Below are positions 11,334-21,905 of a DNA stretch of 64,000 bases, piece by piece. Made by a program: the position numbers and the translations under genes. The notes beneath the pieces are model-generated. The model was not told where the DNA came from. It searched no databases and worked only from the letters and a program-made list of their open reading frames with translations. The stretch covers positions 160,001-224,000 of the forward strand of contig CAVXWZ010000002.1 in assembly GCA_963765575.1 (NCBI GenBank). The letters are read 5' to 3'. The stretch's first letter is position 1. Every line of letters begins with the position of its first letter. Source of the stretch: an uncultured cyanobacterium. GTDB lineage: Bacteria; Cyanobacteriota; Cyanobacteriia; PCC-6307; Cyanobiaceae.

Positions 11334-14300
11334 ATGACCGTGACCGCCAGCAGCGGCAGCACCAGGGTTGCTCCCCAGCGCTACGACACTCTGCCGCTGG
11401 CCAGCGTCCGTCAGGCCGAACAGGAGGATCGCTTCCCGGACGGGGGAGAACTGGGCAGCCTGATCACCTTCTTCCAGAGCGGCCAGCGGCGCGTTGAAGC
11501 CGCCCGGCGCATCACCGCCAACGCCGAGTTCATCGTCGCCAAGGCCGCCAACCGGATCTTCTCCGGCGGCACTCCGCTCTCCTATCTCGATGCCCCGCTG
11601 ACCCCCGCCTCCACGGGCCAGGGCGAGCAGCTGGCGGCAGATCAGGCCGCCTTCCAGCGCTCAGTACAGACGTTCGTGGGGGCCGCGGCGGCCCCGAAGC
11701 GGGGCAACCTGATCGGCCGGCTGCTGGAGGGTGCCGGGGGCGATGCCGACGTGCGCGTCGTTCTGCCTTCCGGCTTCAGTCCGATCGCCGTGGGGCGCTA
11801 CGGAACGGCCCGGATGAAGAAGTCGATCCGCGATCTGGCCTGGTTCCTGCGCTATGTGGGCTATGCCCTGGTGGCTGGCGATCCGAGCATCCTGGCGGTG
11901 AACACCCGCGGCCTGCGCGATGTGCTGGAAAAGGCCTGCTCCCTGGCTGCCACCAACGTGGCCCTGCAGGAGATGCGCGCCGCAGCCGCCGGTCTCTTCA
12001 AGGATGAACCGCAGACACGGGCCCTGGTGATTCAGTACTTCAACGTGCTGATCGGTGAACTGGCCGTGCCCACTCCCTCGGCTCGCCAGCGGCTGGGCAG
12101 CCCGGTGAATCAGGGCCTGCAGTTGCCGGCCACCTATGCCCTCGCTGCCCGGGGCAAGGCCCAGCGCTTCGTGATGAAGCCCGGCATGAGCGGGGCCCAG
12201 AAGGCCGAAGTGGTGCGTGCCGCCTACCGCCAGGTGTTCGAGCGCGACATCGTCAAGGGATACAGCCTGGAGGTGTGTCCGGTGGAGGCCACCCAGGTGC
12301 GCCAGGGCCAGATCTCCATGCGTGAGTTCGTACGCGCCCTCGGCCGCAGCAAGGACTACCAGAAGCAGTTCTACGGACGCTTCTCCAACAGCCGCGCCGT
12401 CGAACTGGCCTTCCGCCACTTCCTCGGACGGGGCATCAGTTCCCGCGAGGAATTCACGCGCACCTTCGACATCGTCAGCGCCCAGGGGCTGCCGGGGTTG
12501 GTGGATTCCCTGCTCAACTCCATGGAATACGCCCGGATGTTCGGGGAGGAAACAGTTCCCTTCCTCCGCGACCTCGGCGAAGAAGCCCAGGAGAGCGCCG
12601 GCTGGGGCAGCAACCGCAAACTGTTCCGCTTCAGCGCCCCCTTCGAGGGAGCCCCCCAGTACGTGACGCTCTACGCGTCCTACCGCCAGCCCCTGGCTGA
12701 TCAGCACCCCTACGGCGGCGGCAACGATCCCCTCGCCCTCACCTACGGCGCCATCTTCCCCTCAGCTACAGCGAAGGTGACCACCCGGCCGGCACCATTC
12801 AGCTACGACACCCGGCGGATCCTGATCGGCAACGGTCTGGCCCAACCGGGCCAGATGGACAGCCCCCAGTTCCGCCGGGCCAGCCCCCGCAGGGTTGGGC
12901 CCCGGGTGGTGCGGTTGCAGCAGATCGCCACCGGTGGCAATTCCGTGCCCCGGCGCGGTGGTCAGCCCAGTGTGCGCAACACCGAAAGCAGCACTCAGGC
13001 GGTGATCAACGCGGTGTATGTGCAGGTGCTCGGCACCTCCGGCTATGCCGGTGAGCGCACCAAGGTGGAGGAGATCAAGCTTGAAAATGGCGACATCAGC
13101 CTGCGGGAATTTGTGCGCCAGGTGGCACGCAGCACCGCCTTCCGCCGCCGCTACTGGAGTGGTCTTTACATCACCAAAGCCATTGAAGTGATGCACCGGC
13201 GCCTGCTCGGCCGCCCCACCTTCGGGCGCTGGGAAATCGACAGCTACTTCGACACGGCTGCCCGCAAGGGTTTCTACGGAGTCGTCGATCGGATGCTGAA
13301 CAGCCAGGAGTACAACGAATGCTTCGGCGAGGACACGGTCCCCTACGAACGGTTCATCACCCCGGCCGACCGCAACGCCCGCCAGGTCCCCACCCTCAAT
13401 GCCGGCTTCGATGCCAGCCGCTTTGTCGATCCGGTGGCTCGCCAGCGTCCTGAGACCAAGGGCGATCAGAGCCTGCGCACCACTGCCGATCTGACTCCGC
13501 GCAATCTGCCCGATCGGCGCACGGTGGTGCGAGGGGTGTGGAGCGCCAGCATCGCCGGCGGCGAATCCGCTTTGCCGGCGAGCCCTGCCAGGAGCGCCGG
13601 GCCAGGCAGCATCCGCACCAGCCCCCCCCCGGCCCGGCGCTGGCGCCCCGATCAGGCCCCAGCCGCCTGGAGCACCCCAGGCGGTGGCGGTTTCCCAGCA
13701 CCCAGTGCCCCCACCACGGTGCCCGGCGGCTGGACCAAGTCCATGGGCTCCAATCTGGCCGCCACCCCAGCGCGCCAGCCCGGAGCAGCCATGGCCCAGG
13801 CCCTGCGACCGGCTCAGCCCCAGGGCTTCAAGCGACGCCAGAGCCTGGGCCGCCCGATCCAGGTGGGACGCACCACCAATGAGGCCGACATCCAGACAGC
13901 CATCGAGGCGGTGTACCGCCAACTGCTCAACCGCTTGCCCCTTGCGGCTGAGCGGCTGGGCGACAGCGAGTCGCAGTTCCGCAACAGCCAGCTCACCGTG
14001 GCCGAATTTGTCGCCGTGGTGGCCGGCAGCGACCTGTTCCAGCAACGCCTCAACCGCCTGCCCCCCCTGCGCGCCGCCGCCGCCGCCCATCTCGCGTTGC
14101 TGGGCAGGGCTGCCCAGCCAGCCGAGTCCAGTCGCTTTCTGGCCCTGCGGACCAGCCGCGGACTGGTGGCTGCGATCGAGGAGCTGCTCGACAGCCCCGA
14201 TTACGCAGCGGCCTTCGGTCAGGACACCGTTCCCTACCTGCGCGGCCTGGCCACGAGCGACGGCATTCCCCTGCTCACGGTGAATCGCACGGCTGCCCTC

Positions 14301-14348
14301 TATGGCGGCAATGCCGGCCTGACCCCCTCGCCGAAGGGAGCGATCTGA
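11334..14348 (+). CDS. apcE: Phycobilisome core-membrane linker ApcE (LCM), three REP domains
   Basis: MTVTASSGS start, [14 protein letters not shown], chromophore Cys in EKACS, three linker repeats ending [21 protein letters not shown]. Confidence 0.97.
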   Translation: MTVTASSGSTRVAPQRYDTLPLASVRQAEQEDRFPDGGELGSLITFFQSGQRRVEAARRITANAEFIVAKAANRIFSGGTPLSYLDAPLTPASTGQGEQLAADQAAFQRSVQTFVGAAAAPKRGNLIGRLLEGAGGDADVRVVLPSGFSPIAVGRYGTARMKKSIRDLAWFLRYVGYALVAGDPSILAVNTRGLRDVLEKACSLAATNVALQEMRAAAAGLFKDEPQTRALVIQYFNVLIGELAVPTPSARQRLGSPVNQGLQLPATYALAARGKAQRFVMKPGMSGAQKAEVVRAAYRQVFERDIVKGYSLEVCPVEATQVRQGQISMREFVRALGRSKDYQKQFYGRFSNSRAVELAFRHFLGRGISSREEFTRTFDIVSAQGLPGLVDSLLNSMEYARMFGEETVPFLRDLGEEAQESAGWGSNRKLFRFSAPFEGAPQYVTLYASYRQPLADQHPYGGGNDPLALTYGAIFPSATAKVTTRPAPFSYDTRRILIGNGLAQPGQMDSPQFRRASPRRVGPRVVRLQQIATGGNSVPRRGGQPSVRNTESSTQAVINAVYVQVLGTSGYAGERTKVEEIKLENGDISLREFVRQVARSTAFRRRYWSGLYITKAIEVMHRRLLGRPTFGRWEIDSYFDTAARKGFYGVVDRMLNSQEYNECFGEDTVPYERFITPADRNARQVPTLNAGFDASRFVDPVARQRPETKGDQSLRTTADLTPRNLPDRRTVVRGVWSASIAGGESALPASPARSAGPGSIRTSPPPARRWRPDQAPAAWSTPGGGGFPAPSAPTTVPGGWTKSMGSNLAATPARQPGAAMAQALRPAQPQGFKRRQSLGRPIQVGRTTNEADIQTAIEAVYRQLLNRLPLAAERLGDSESQFRNSQLTVAEFVAVVAGSDLFQQRLNRLPPLRAAAAAHLALLGRAAQPAESSRFLALRTSRGLVAAIEELLDSPDYAAAFGQDTVPYLRGLATSDGIPLLTVNRTAALYGGNAGLTPSPKGAI

Positions 14349-14461
14349 GCCGCTGCCACTGCGGTCCAGGAGACTGCGGCGGGAATGGCTGAGCAGACAT
14401 GGCTTTCAGAGAGGTGAGCGCGGGCTCTGGCCGCCAACGCTTGGGAGCAGCGCATCCCGTC

Positions 14462-14489
14462 AAGGCCCCGCTACCGCGGGGCCTTTTTT
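14462..14489 (+). terminator. Intrinsic terminator downstream of apcE
   Basis: AAGGCCCCGC-TACC-GCGGGGCCTT followed by a T tract. Confidence 0.85.
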
Positions 14490-14615
14490 GCGAAAACGAG
14501 ATAGATCTGCCGCGGAATCAATAGATTCCAGAGGTCAACAACTGTGTGGCGATGGAGCTATCATTAACCAAGCCGAGAAGCACTGCGCTGCAACGGATCT
14601 GAGGCAAGCCTTGGC

Positions 14616-14667
14616 CGTGAAGAACTGTTACCGCTGCCAGGGGCTGGCGGGGGCGTTGGCACAGAAT
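14616..14667 (+). promoter_or_regulatory. Putative apcA promoter: reverse HLR1-like (RpaB) repeat plus -10 box
   Basis: CGTGAAGAACTGTTAC 14616-14631 (reverse complement GTAACA-N4-TTCACG); CAGAAT at 14662-14667, 30 nt downstream, same spacing as at apcE. Confidence 0.55.
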
Positions 14668-14757
14668 GATTCGGCGGTCGACGCGAGTCGGCCTCTTCCC
14701 TTACTCACCGGATACCGGTCACCGTCAAGGCGGCCGCTTGTTTCGAGGCAGAACTGC

Positions 14758-15243
14758 ATGAGCATCGTCTCCAACTCGATCATCAACGCGGACGCCGAAG
14801 CCCGCTATCTCAGCCCTGGCGAACTCGACCAGATCAAATCGTTTGTGGCTGCGGGCCAGCGCCGTGTGCGCGTGGCCCAGGTCCTGAGCGAGAGCCGCGA
14901 ACGCATCGTCAAGACCGCTGGCGGCGCTCTGTTCCAGAGGCGTCCCGATGTCATCTCCCCCGGCGGCAACGCCTACGGCGAGGAGATGACGGCCTCCTGT
15001 CTGCGGGACATGGACTACTACCTCCGCTTGGTGACCTATGGCGTTGTTGCCGGCGATGTCACCCCGATCGAAGAGATCGGCATCATCGGCGCCAAGGAGA
15101 TGTACCGCTCTCTCGGCACACCATTGGATGCCATGGCCGAGGCCATCCGCGAAATGAAGAACGTGGCCACGGGCATGCTGACCGGTGCTGATGCCGAAGA
15201 AGCTGGCTTCTACTTCGACTACGTCATCGGCGCCCTCTCCTGA
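14758..15243 (+). CDS. apcA: Allophycocyanin alpha chain
   Basis: [40 protein letters not shown]; 161 aa. Confidence 0.98.
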   Translation: MSIVSNSIINADAEARYLSPGELDQIKSFVAAGQRRVRVAQVLSESRERIVKTAGGALFQRRPDVISPGGNAYGEEMTASCLRDMDYYLRLVTYGVVAGDVTPIEEIGIIGAKEMYRSLGTPLDAMAEAIREMKNVATGMLTGADAEEAGFYFDYVIGALS

Positions 15244-15288
15244 GGCTGCTCCACCGCCCCATTTCTTCCTACGCCTTCAGCAGGATTC

Positions 15289-15777
15289 ATGCAAGACGCC
15301 ATCACCAACGTCATCAATCAGGCCGACGTTCAGGGTCTGTACCTTGACGGCTCTGCCATGGGCCGCCTGGAGCAGTACTTCGCCAGCGGTGAGCTGCGCG
15401 TCAGAGCTGCGGCCACCATCAGCGCCAACGGCTCCGCCATCATCAAAGAAGCCGTTGCCAAGTCGCTGCTGTACTCGGACATCACCCGTCCGGGCGGCAA
15501 CATGTACACCTGCCGTCGTTATGCGGCCTGCATCCGCGACCTCGACTACTACTTGCGCTACGCCACCTACGCCATGCTGGCGGGTGACACCTCCATCCTC
15601 GATGAGCGAGTCCTCAACGGCCTCAAGGAGACCTACAACTCCCTGGGTGTGCCGATTGGAGCCACCGTCCAGTCGATTCAGGCCATGAAGGAAGTCACCG
15701 CTTCCCTGGTTGGCCCTGACGCCGGCCGCGAGATGGCCGTCTACTTCGACTACATCTGCTCGGGTCTGGGCAACTGA
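15289..15777 (+). CDS. apcB: Allophycocyanin beta chain
   Basis: [33 protein letters not shown]. Confidence 0.98.
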   Translation: MQDAITNVINQADVQGLYLDGSAMGRLEQYFASGELRVRAAATISANGSAIIKEAVAKSLLYSDITRPGGNMYTCRRYAACIRDLDYYLRYATYAMLAGDTSILDERVLNGLKETYNSLGVPIGATVQSIQAMKEVTASLVGPDAGREMAVYFDYICSGLGN

Positions 15778-15812
15778 TCCAGAGCCTGCGGCACCCCCTG
15801 CGGATCTCTTCC

Positions 15813-16013
15813 ATGCGCCTGTTCAAGATCACGGCCTGCATCCCCTGCCCGGAGAAATCCCGCACCCAGCGGGAGCTCCAGAACACCTTCTTCACCAAGT
15901 GGGTTCCTTTTGAGAGCTGGTTCGCCGAGCAGCAGCGGATCATGAAACAGGGAGGCAAGATCCTGAAGGTGGAACTGGTCACCGGCCGCCCTCAGGTCAA
16001 TGTCGGCAACTGA
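15813..16013 (+). CDS. apcC: Phycobilisome small core linker Lc
   Basis: MRLFKITACIP..QRELQNTFFTK..EQQRIMKQGGKILKVEL. Confidence 0.97.
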   Translation: MRLFKITACIPCPEKSRTQRELQNTFFTKWVPFESWFAEQQRIMKQGGKILKVELVTGRPQVNVGN

Positions 16014-16040
16014 AGCCCTTCCCTGCTGACCATGCGTCTT

Positions 16041-16070
16041 GAGCCCGGCCCATAGCCGGGCTTTCTGTTT
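16041..16070 (+). terminator. Intrinsic terminator downstream of apcC
   Basis: AGCCCGGC-CATA-GCCGGGCT followed by TTCTGTTTT. Confidence 0.8.
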
Positions 16071-16114
16071 TCCCACTCCCCGTTCGAGGCCTGCGCGCTT
16101 GTGCGGCCGTCAGA

Positions 16115-17428
16115 TTGAGGCAGCCGGGCCTCGACAAGCCCACCCCTGGCGCGTCTCAATGGGGGCACATCGGCCCCTGCGCCAACGGCACGTTGAGCAT
16201 CTCCGTTCTCCGCCCCACGACAAGGCCAGCTCCCTCAAAGAGCCCGGCCCAGAATCGCCTTGCCTCGCCGCTGAAACGCCTGCTGCCCTGGCCATGGGAG
16301 GACTGGCCGGCCGAAGCGCGGCTGCTGATCGGCCTGGTGGCGCTCTGGAGTGTCTTGGGTTTGCTGGTGCTGGCCTCCGCCAGCTGGTGGGTGGCCGAAC
16401 GGGAGATGGGTGACGGCGCCTACTACCTCAAGCGCCAGCTGATCTGGATGGTGGCCAGCTGGGGGCTGCTGCTGCTGGGGGTGCGCACCCAGCTGCGCCG
16501 CTGGCTGCACATCGCCCCCATGGCTCTGCTGGTGGGCTGCCTGCTGGTGGGGGCCACGCTGGTGGTGGGGAGCACCGTGAACGGAGCCAGCCGCTGGCTG
16601 GTGATCGGTCCCCTGCAGCTGCAACCGTCCGAACTCGTCAAGCCCTTCGTGCTGCTGCAGGGGGCCGCCCTGTTCGCCCACTGGCGGCGCATCGGCCTTG
16701 ACCAGAAGCTGCTCTGGCTGGGGGTCTTCGGGCTGCTGATCCTGATGATTCTGAAGCAGCCGAACCTCAGCACCGCTGCCCTGACCGGGCTGCTGCTCTG
16801 GTTGATGGCCCTGGCTGGTGGCTTGGGGCTGCCCCTGCTGTTGGGGGCGGCCACGGCTGGTGGCGTGCTGGGAGCCGCCAGCATCTCCCTCAACACCTAC
16901 CAGCGGCTTCGGGTGGTGTCGTTCCTCAATCCCTGGCGCGATGCCCAAGGCGATGGCTACCAGCTGGTGCAGAGCCTGCTGGCCATTGGTTCCGGCGGGC
17001 TGTTCGGAGAAGGCTTTGGCCTCTCGACCCAGAAACTTCAATACCTGCCCATCCAGAGCACGGATTTCATCTTCGCGGTATTTGCCGAAGAGTTCGGCTA
17101 CGTGGGATCGCTGGTGCTGCTGCTGTTCCTGCTGCTGTTCGGGTTCGTGGGACTCAGGGTGGCCCTGAGCTGCCGCAGCAACCAGCATCGGCTGGTGGCC
17201 ATGGGCTGCACCACGCTGCTGGTGGGGCAATCGATTCTCAACATTGCCGTGGCCAGCGGCGCCATGCCCACCACCGGACTGCCGCTGCCGCTGATCAGCT
17301 ACGGCGGCAATTCCCTGATGTCCAGCCTGTTCGTCTGCGGCCTGCTGATTCGCTGCGCCCTGGAATCCGGCGGGCTGGTGCCCGTTGCCCGCGTCAGCCG
17401 TCGTCGACGCCCTGGGGCAGCCGGATAG
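16115..17428 (+). CDS. ftsW: FtsW/RodA (SEDS) peptidoglycan glycosyltransferase
   Basis: NGASRW, LQPSELVK, LKQPNL, GYQLVQS, TDFIFAVFAEEFG, PLISYGG; start uncertain. Confidence 0.93.
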   Translation: MRQPGLDKPTPGASQWGHIGPCANGTLSISVLRPTTRPAPSKSPAQNRLASPLKRLLPWPWEDWPAEARLLIGLVALWSVLGLLVLASASWWVAEREMGDGAYYLKRQLIWMVASWGLLLLGVRTQLRRWLHIAPMALLVGCLLVGATLVVGSTVNGASRWLVIGPLQLQPSELVKPFVLLQGAALFAHWRRIGLDQKLLWLGVFGLLILMILKQPNLSTAALTGLLLWLMALAGGLGLPLLLGAATAGGVLGAASISLNTYQRLRVVSFLNPWRDAQGDGYQLVQSLLAIGSGGLFGEGFGLSTQKLQYLPIQSTDFIFAVFAEEFGYVGSLVLLLFLLLFGFVGLRVALSCRSNQHRLVAMGCTTLLVGQSILNIAVASGAMPTTGLPLPLISYGGNSLMSSLFVCGLLIRCALESGGLVPVARVSRRRRPGAAG

Positions 17429-17437
17429 GCTGGCCCC

Positions 17438-18217
17438 ATGAGCGTGATCGGGCTAGCACTCTCGACTTGGGCCCTCACGATCAGTGATCTGGCCCAGCAG
17501 AGCGAGACTCTCCTGCAGCGCTCGCTCAGCACACCCGGGCCGGCAACCCTCGCGCTGGTCTTCGGGGGCGGCCTGCTCACCAGCCTTGGCCCCTGTTCCC
17601 TCTCCCTGCTGCCCGTGACCCTCGCCTACCTGGCGGGCTTCGGCGGCACGGAAGAGCGCTCCAGCGAGGCAGTGTCCAGAGACCTGACCAGCACACCCTG
17701 GCAGCGCAGCCTCTGCTTTGCCGCTGGCATCGTCGCCGCCCTGGTGCTGCTGGGCCTGGCCAGTGGCCTGCTGGGCCGGCTCTATGGCCAGATCCCTGGA
17801 TTGATCCCCACCCTGGTGGCCCTACTGGCCCTGCTGATGGGCCTCAACCTGCTGGGGTTGCTGCCCCTGCCCCTGCCGGCGGGGCCTGATCCGGAGCTCT
17901 GGCGCCAGCGGGTGCCGGCCCCCCTCGCTCCCATGGCAGCTGGCCTGGCCTTTGGCCTGGCGGCCACCCCCTGCACCACACCGGTGCTGGCCGTGCTGCT
18001 GGGCTGGATGGCCCAGACCGGGCGTCCCCTCGAGGGCATGCTGCTGCTCACCTGCTTTGGCGCCGGCCAGGTCCTGCCCTTGCTGCTGGTCGGCACCGCC
18101 GCCGCCAGCCTGCCCGGCCTGCTGAGGCTGAGGCAGGTGGGGCAGTGGGTTCCGCCGATCAGCGGCGCCGTTCTGGTGAGCACCGGCTTGCTCACGTTGG
18201 TGGCCAACTGGACGTGA
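17438..18217 (+). CDS. ccdA: Cytochrome c biogenesis protein CcdA
   Basis: LTSLGPCSLSLLP and ATPCTTPVL cysteine motifs. Confidence 0.93.
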   Translation: MSVIGLALSTWALTISDLAQQSETLLQRSLSTPGPATLALVFGGGLLTSLGPCSLSLLPVTLAYLAGFGGTEERSSEAVSRDLTSTPWQRSLCFAAGIVAALVLLGLASGLLGRLYGQIPGLIPTLVALLALLMGLNLLGLLPLPLPAGPDPELWRQRVPAPLAPMAAGLAFGLAATPCTTPVLAVLLGWMAQTGRPLEGMLLLTCFGAGQVLPLLLVGTAAASLPGLLRLRQVGQWVPPISGAVLVSTGLLTLVANWT

Positions 18218-18242
18218 ACCGGCACCCTGAGCACGAACAGCG

Positions 18243-19556
18243 ATGAACGGATCCGCCCCAAGGTTCCTGAGCCGTCTGGCGGCCTGGATCGCCGACCTGC
18301 GCGTGGCCATCGGCCTGCTGGTGGTGATCGCCATCGCCAGCGGCATCGGCACCGCCATCCCCCAGAAGGAGCCGGAGAGCCTGTACCACCGGCTCTACGA
18401 CGACCAGCCCTGGCTCGGGCTCCTCAACGGTGATCGGCTCCTGGACCTGCAGCTCGATCACGTGTACTCCAGCAGCTGGTTTCTGGGCCTGCTGGCCTGG
18501 CTCGGGCTGGCGCTGCTGCTGTGCAGCTGGCGACGGCAGTGGCCGGCCCTGCAGGCGGCCTTGCGCTGGATCGACTACCGCTCGCCGCGCCAGCTCAGCA
18601 AGCTGAGCGTGGCCCAGACCCTGCCCGCTGAGGACGCCGGTGCCAGCCTCACCCGCCTGGAGCAGCTGCTGCGCAGACAGGGCTGGCAGGTGCTGCGCCA
18701 TCCCGACCGGCTGGCGGCTCGGCGGGGCGTGCCCGGGCGTGTGGGGCCCCTGTTGGTGCATGCCGGCCTGGTGGTGCTGCTGGTGGGTTCCGCCTGGGGG
18801 GCGCTCGGGGGGCAACGGGCGGAGCAGTTTCTGGCCCCCGGCCGCACCCTCGACCTGATCGACAGCCGTGGCCACAACCAGCTCACCCTCGCCCTGGACG
18901 CCTTCGGCGTGGATCGGGATCCGGCCGGCCGGCCGGAGCAGTTTCGCTCCCAGCTGCGCCTGCTGGAGAGCTCGGAAGCCGACGCTCCGGCCCTGCTCGA
19001 ACAGGCCGAGATCAGCGTCAACCACCCGCTGCGCTTCCGCGGCGTCACCTTCTATCAGGCGGACTGGAGCCTGGCCGCCATCAGCGTGCGCCTGGGCCGC
19101 AGCCCGGAGCTGCAGTTGCCACTGCAGACCTTTCCGCAGCTCGGTGACCAGCTCTGGGGCCTGGTGCTGCCCACCCGCCCCGACGGCAGCGATCCCGTCC
19201 TGCTCAGCCTCACCAGCGAACAGGGGCCCGTTGACATCTATGGCTCCGACGGCGGCCTGATCGGTTCCCTGGCAGTGGGCGGCGATGCCCTCGAGGTGAA
19301 CGGCCTGCCGCTGCGGGTCACGGCGGTGCTGCCGGCCAGCGGCATCCTGCTCAAGCGCGACCCGGGCGTGCCCCTGGTTTACGGGGGCTTTGCGATCGCT
19401 CTGGTCGGCGGAGCGCTCAGCCTGCTGGCCACCCGCCAGCTCTGGGCCATCGCCGAACAGACCCCGGCCACCAACAGCCTGCATGTGGCGGGACTGTGCA
19501 ACCGCAATCTCACGTCCTTCGCCGCCGAACTTCCCCAACTGCTCAGCCAGGTCTGA
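18243..19556 (+). CDS. ccs1: Cytochrome c biogenesis protein Ccs1/CcsB (ResB family)
   Basis: [40 protein letters not shown]. Confidence 0.93.
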   Translation: MNGSAPRFLSRLAAWIADLRVAIGLLVVIAIASGIGTAIPQKEPESLYHRLYDDQPWLGLLNGDRLLDLQLDHVYSSSWFLGLLAWLGLALLLCSWRRQWPALQAALRWIDYRSPRQLSKLSVAQTLPAEDAGASLTRLEQLLRRQGWQVLRHPDRLAARRGVPGRVGPLLVHAGLVVLLVGSAWGALGGQRAEQFLAPGRTLDLIDSRGHNQLTLALDAFGVDRDPAGRPEQFRSQLRLLESSEADAPALLEQAEISVNHPLRFRGVTFYQADWSLAAISVRLGRSPELQLPLQTFPQLGDQLWGLVLPTRPDGSDPVLLSLTSEQGPVDIYGSDGGLIGSLAVGGDALEVNGLPLRVTAVLPASGILLKRDPGVPLVYGGFAIALVGGALSLLATRQLWAIAEQTPATNSLHVAGLCNRNLTSFAAELPQLLSQV

Positions 19557-19583
19557 GCACGACCGCACAGCACAGCGGCCCGT

Positions 19584-20018
19584 TCAGCAGGGCTGCCGCG
19601 TGCCGTGGCTCACCCGCACCACGGTGTGGACATTGCCCCGGGGGTTGAAGTCAGCCTCGAGCTGCATCCACTGGGGCGCACAGGCGGCCACGACGTCATC
19701 GAGGATGCGATTGGCGGCTTCTTCGTGGGAGATGGCGCGGTTGCGGTAGCTGTTTGCATAGAGCTTGATGGCCTTGAGCTCCATCACCCGCGGGCCTGGC
19801 TGATACAGCAGGCGCAGGGTGGCGAAATCGGGATAGCCCGAAAACGGGCACAGGCAGGTGAACTCCGGCAGGGTGATGGCGATCTCGTAAGGGCGGCCGG
19901 GTCGGGGATTGTCGAAGCAGATCAGTTCAGCCGCGGCGATCGCCCGCTCGCCGTAGCGGGGCGTGCGGGTCTGATCGGGGCTGGTCTGATCGGAGCTGGA
20001 CTGATCGGGGGTCGACAT
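19584..20018 (-). CDS. queF: NADPH-dependent 7-cyano-7-deazaguanine (preQ0) reductase
   Basis: PEFTCLCPFSGYPDFA, ELKAIKLY, ISHE, FNPRGN. Confidence 0.96.
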   Translation of the reverse strand: MSTPDQSSSDQTSPDQTRTPRYGERAIAAAELICFDNPRPGRPYEIAITLPEFTCLCPFSGYPDFATLRLLYQPGPRVMELKAIKLYANSYRNRAISHEEAANRILDDVVAACAPQWMQLEADFNPRGNVHTVVRVSHGTRQPC

Positions 20019-20066
20019 CGCGGCAGGCCGGCGCTGGCCGCGATCCTATGGAGCGCCAGGGCAGCC

Positions 20067-20108
20067 GTAGCAATCGCTACGACAACCCCCGATCAGCTCA
20101 GGTGTGAT
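20067..20108 (+). promoter_or_regulatory. NtcA box and putative -10 element upstream of glnB
   Basis: GTAGCAATCGCTAC (GTA-N8-TAC) at 20067-20080; TGTGAT 22 nt downstream at 20103-20108. Confidence 0.8.
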
Positions 20109-20144
20109 GGGCCTCGTCCTCGCCCAAGGGCAGGGACCCTCTGA

Positions 20145-20525
<381 letters not shown>

Positions 20526-20564
20526 GCCCTGAGCGCTCTGGCCCGCGGCTACCTCCGGCGACGC

Positions 20565-21416
20565 TCAGGGCGTCGCCAGGGTGGCCTCCACCAGGCGCCG
20601 GATCATGGCTGCGTCAAGGGGGCCAGCCCATGGCGTCCCTACTCCAGCCGGCGGGTCGCCGCCCCGTAGCCAGAGCAGATATTCGTGATTGCCCGCCGGT
20701 CCGGTGATTGGTGAGGCCACCAGGCCTGCGGGAGTCAGCTCCAGGGCGGCCGCGGCAGCGATCACTGCCGTGATTGCATCGCAATGGGCGGCGGGGTCCC
20801 GCACCACCCCACCCTTGCCCACCCGGGCCCGGCCCACCTCGAACTGGGGCTTGACCAGCACCACCAGGTCGACCCCCGCACCGGGATTCGTCGGCCGCAG
20901 CAGCGCCAGCAGCGCCGGCAGCACCAGCGCCAAAGAGATGAACGACAGATCGGCCACCGCCAGATCGGGCCGCGGGTCGGTCGGGCTGAAGAGGTCGTCC
21001 GGGGTGAGGTGACGCAGGTTGGTGCGCTCCCTGAGCACCACGCGCCCATCACTGCGCAGGCTCCAGGCCGTCTGGCCGTAGCCCACATCGATGCCATAAA
21101 CCCTGGCGGCACCACGCTGGAGCAGGCAGTCGCAGAAGCCGCCTGTGGAGATGCCGGCATCGACACACACCCGGCCCTCCAGCGGCAGGGCGAAGGCCTC
21201 CAGAGCCGGCTCCAGCTTCTCGCCACCACGGGAGACAAAGCGAGGCGGCTGGCGCACCTCCAGGGGCAGATCAACAGCCACCTCGGTGCCGGGCTTGTCC
21301 AGCACCCGATCGCCGCTGCGCACCCTGCCGGCCCGGATCAGCTGCTGACCCTGCTGACGGCTGGCGGCCAGACCCCGGGCGACCAGTTCCAGATCCAGGC
21401 GTTGCTTGCGGGCCAT
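20565..21416 (-). CDS. tlyA: TlyA family rRNA 2'-O-methyltransferase
   Basis: S4-like RLDLELV, FVSRGGEKL, DAGISTGGF, DLSFISL, LVKPQFE, GNHEYL. Confidence 0.94.
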   Translation of the reverse strand: MARKQRLDLELVARGLAASRQQGQQLIRAGRVRSGDRVLDKPGTEVAVDLPLEVRQPPRFVSRGGEKLEPALEAFALPLEGRVCVDAGISTGGFCDCLLQRGAARVYGIDVGYGQTAWSLRSDGRVVLRERTNLRHLTPDDLFSPTDPRPDLAVADLSFISLALVLPALLALLRPTNPGAGVDLVVLVKPQFEVGRARVGKGGVVRDPAAHCDAITAVIAAAAALELTPAGLVASPITGPAGNHEYLLWLRGGDPPAGVGTPWAGPLDAAMIRRLVEATLATP

Positions 21417-21540
21417 GGCGCCACGCGGTGGAGCTCTGAGGTCGTGTGATCAAACCACAACCGAAACGAAACAGATTGCCTGCAGGCTCCGGGTTGTCCG
21501 GTAGTCCACGGGAAGATTGCCCCAGATCAGCCTCGCCGTC

Positions 21541-21825
21541 ATGGCCCCGCGCCTTGCCAGCCCCTCGCCCCAGGCCACCAGCCAGGCCAACAGGTGGTCC
21601 AGCCATCGCGGAGCCCGGGGCGCGCGCAGGTCCATCCGCAGCTGCGCCGAGGTGGTGGACCTGCTCCGGCCCGGCAGCTTCGTGAGACTGCGCAACCAAC
21701 CGGCGGACCTGCCGCCCTTCGAGTTGATCCGCTGCCGGGGAGGGCGCTGCTGGGTGCGGCAGCAGGCCTGGGGGGGTGCGGTGCAGTGGGAGGTGGCCCA
21801 CCGCCAGCTGAAGGCCGCCGGTTGA
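21541..21825 (+). CDS. Conserved hypothetical protein
   Basis: LLRPGSFVRLRNQPADLPPFELIRCRGGRCWVRQQAWG; protein-like ORF filling the tlyA-purB gap; start 21517 or 21541. Confidence 0.65.
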   Translation: MAPRLASPSPQATSQANRWSSHRGARGARRSIRSCAEVVDLLRPGSFVRLRNQPADLPPFELIRCRGGRCWVRQQAWGGAVQWEVAHRQLKAAG

Positions 21826-21905
21826 AGGCTGGGCTCGCACCCATCCTCCCGGCGCAGCCATACATTGGATGGCTGTGATGGTGGGCGTCAGCGCTCCCGC
21901 AGGCA

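Noticed and set aside
19965..20012. Three near-repeats containing CTGATCGG at the queF 5' end
   Set aside because: Encodes PDQSS/SDQTS/PDQT in a low-complexity tail; simple coding repeat.
20565..21416. TlyA as a haemolysin or toxin
   Set aside because: Standard S4 plus FtsJ rRNA methyltransferase in a housekeeping context.
21445..21460. CRP-like TGTGA..CCACA site between tlyA and the hypothetical gene
   Set aside because: Spacer is 5 nt rather than 6 and one half-site is imperfect.
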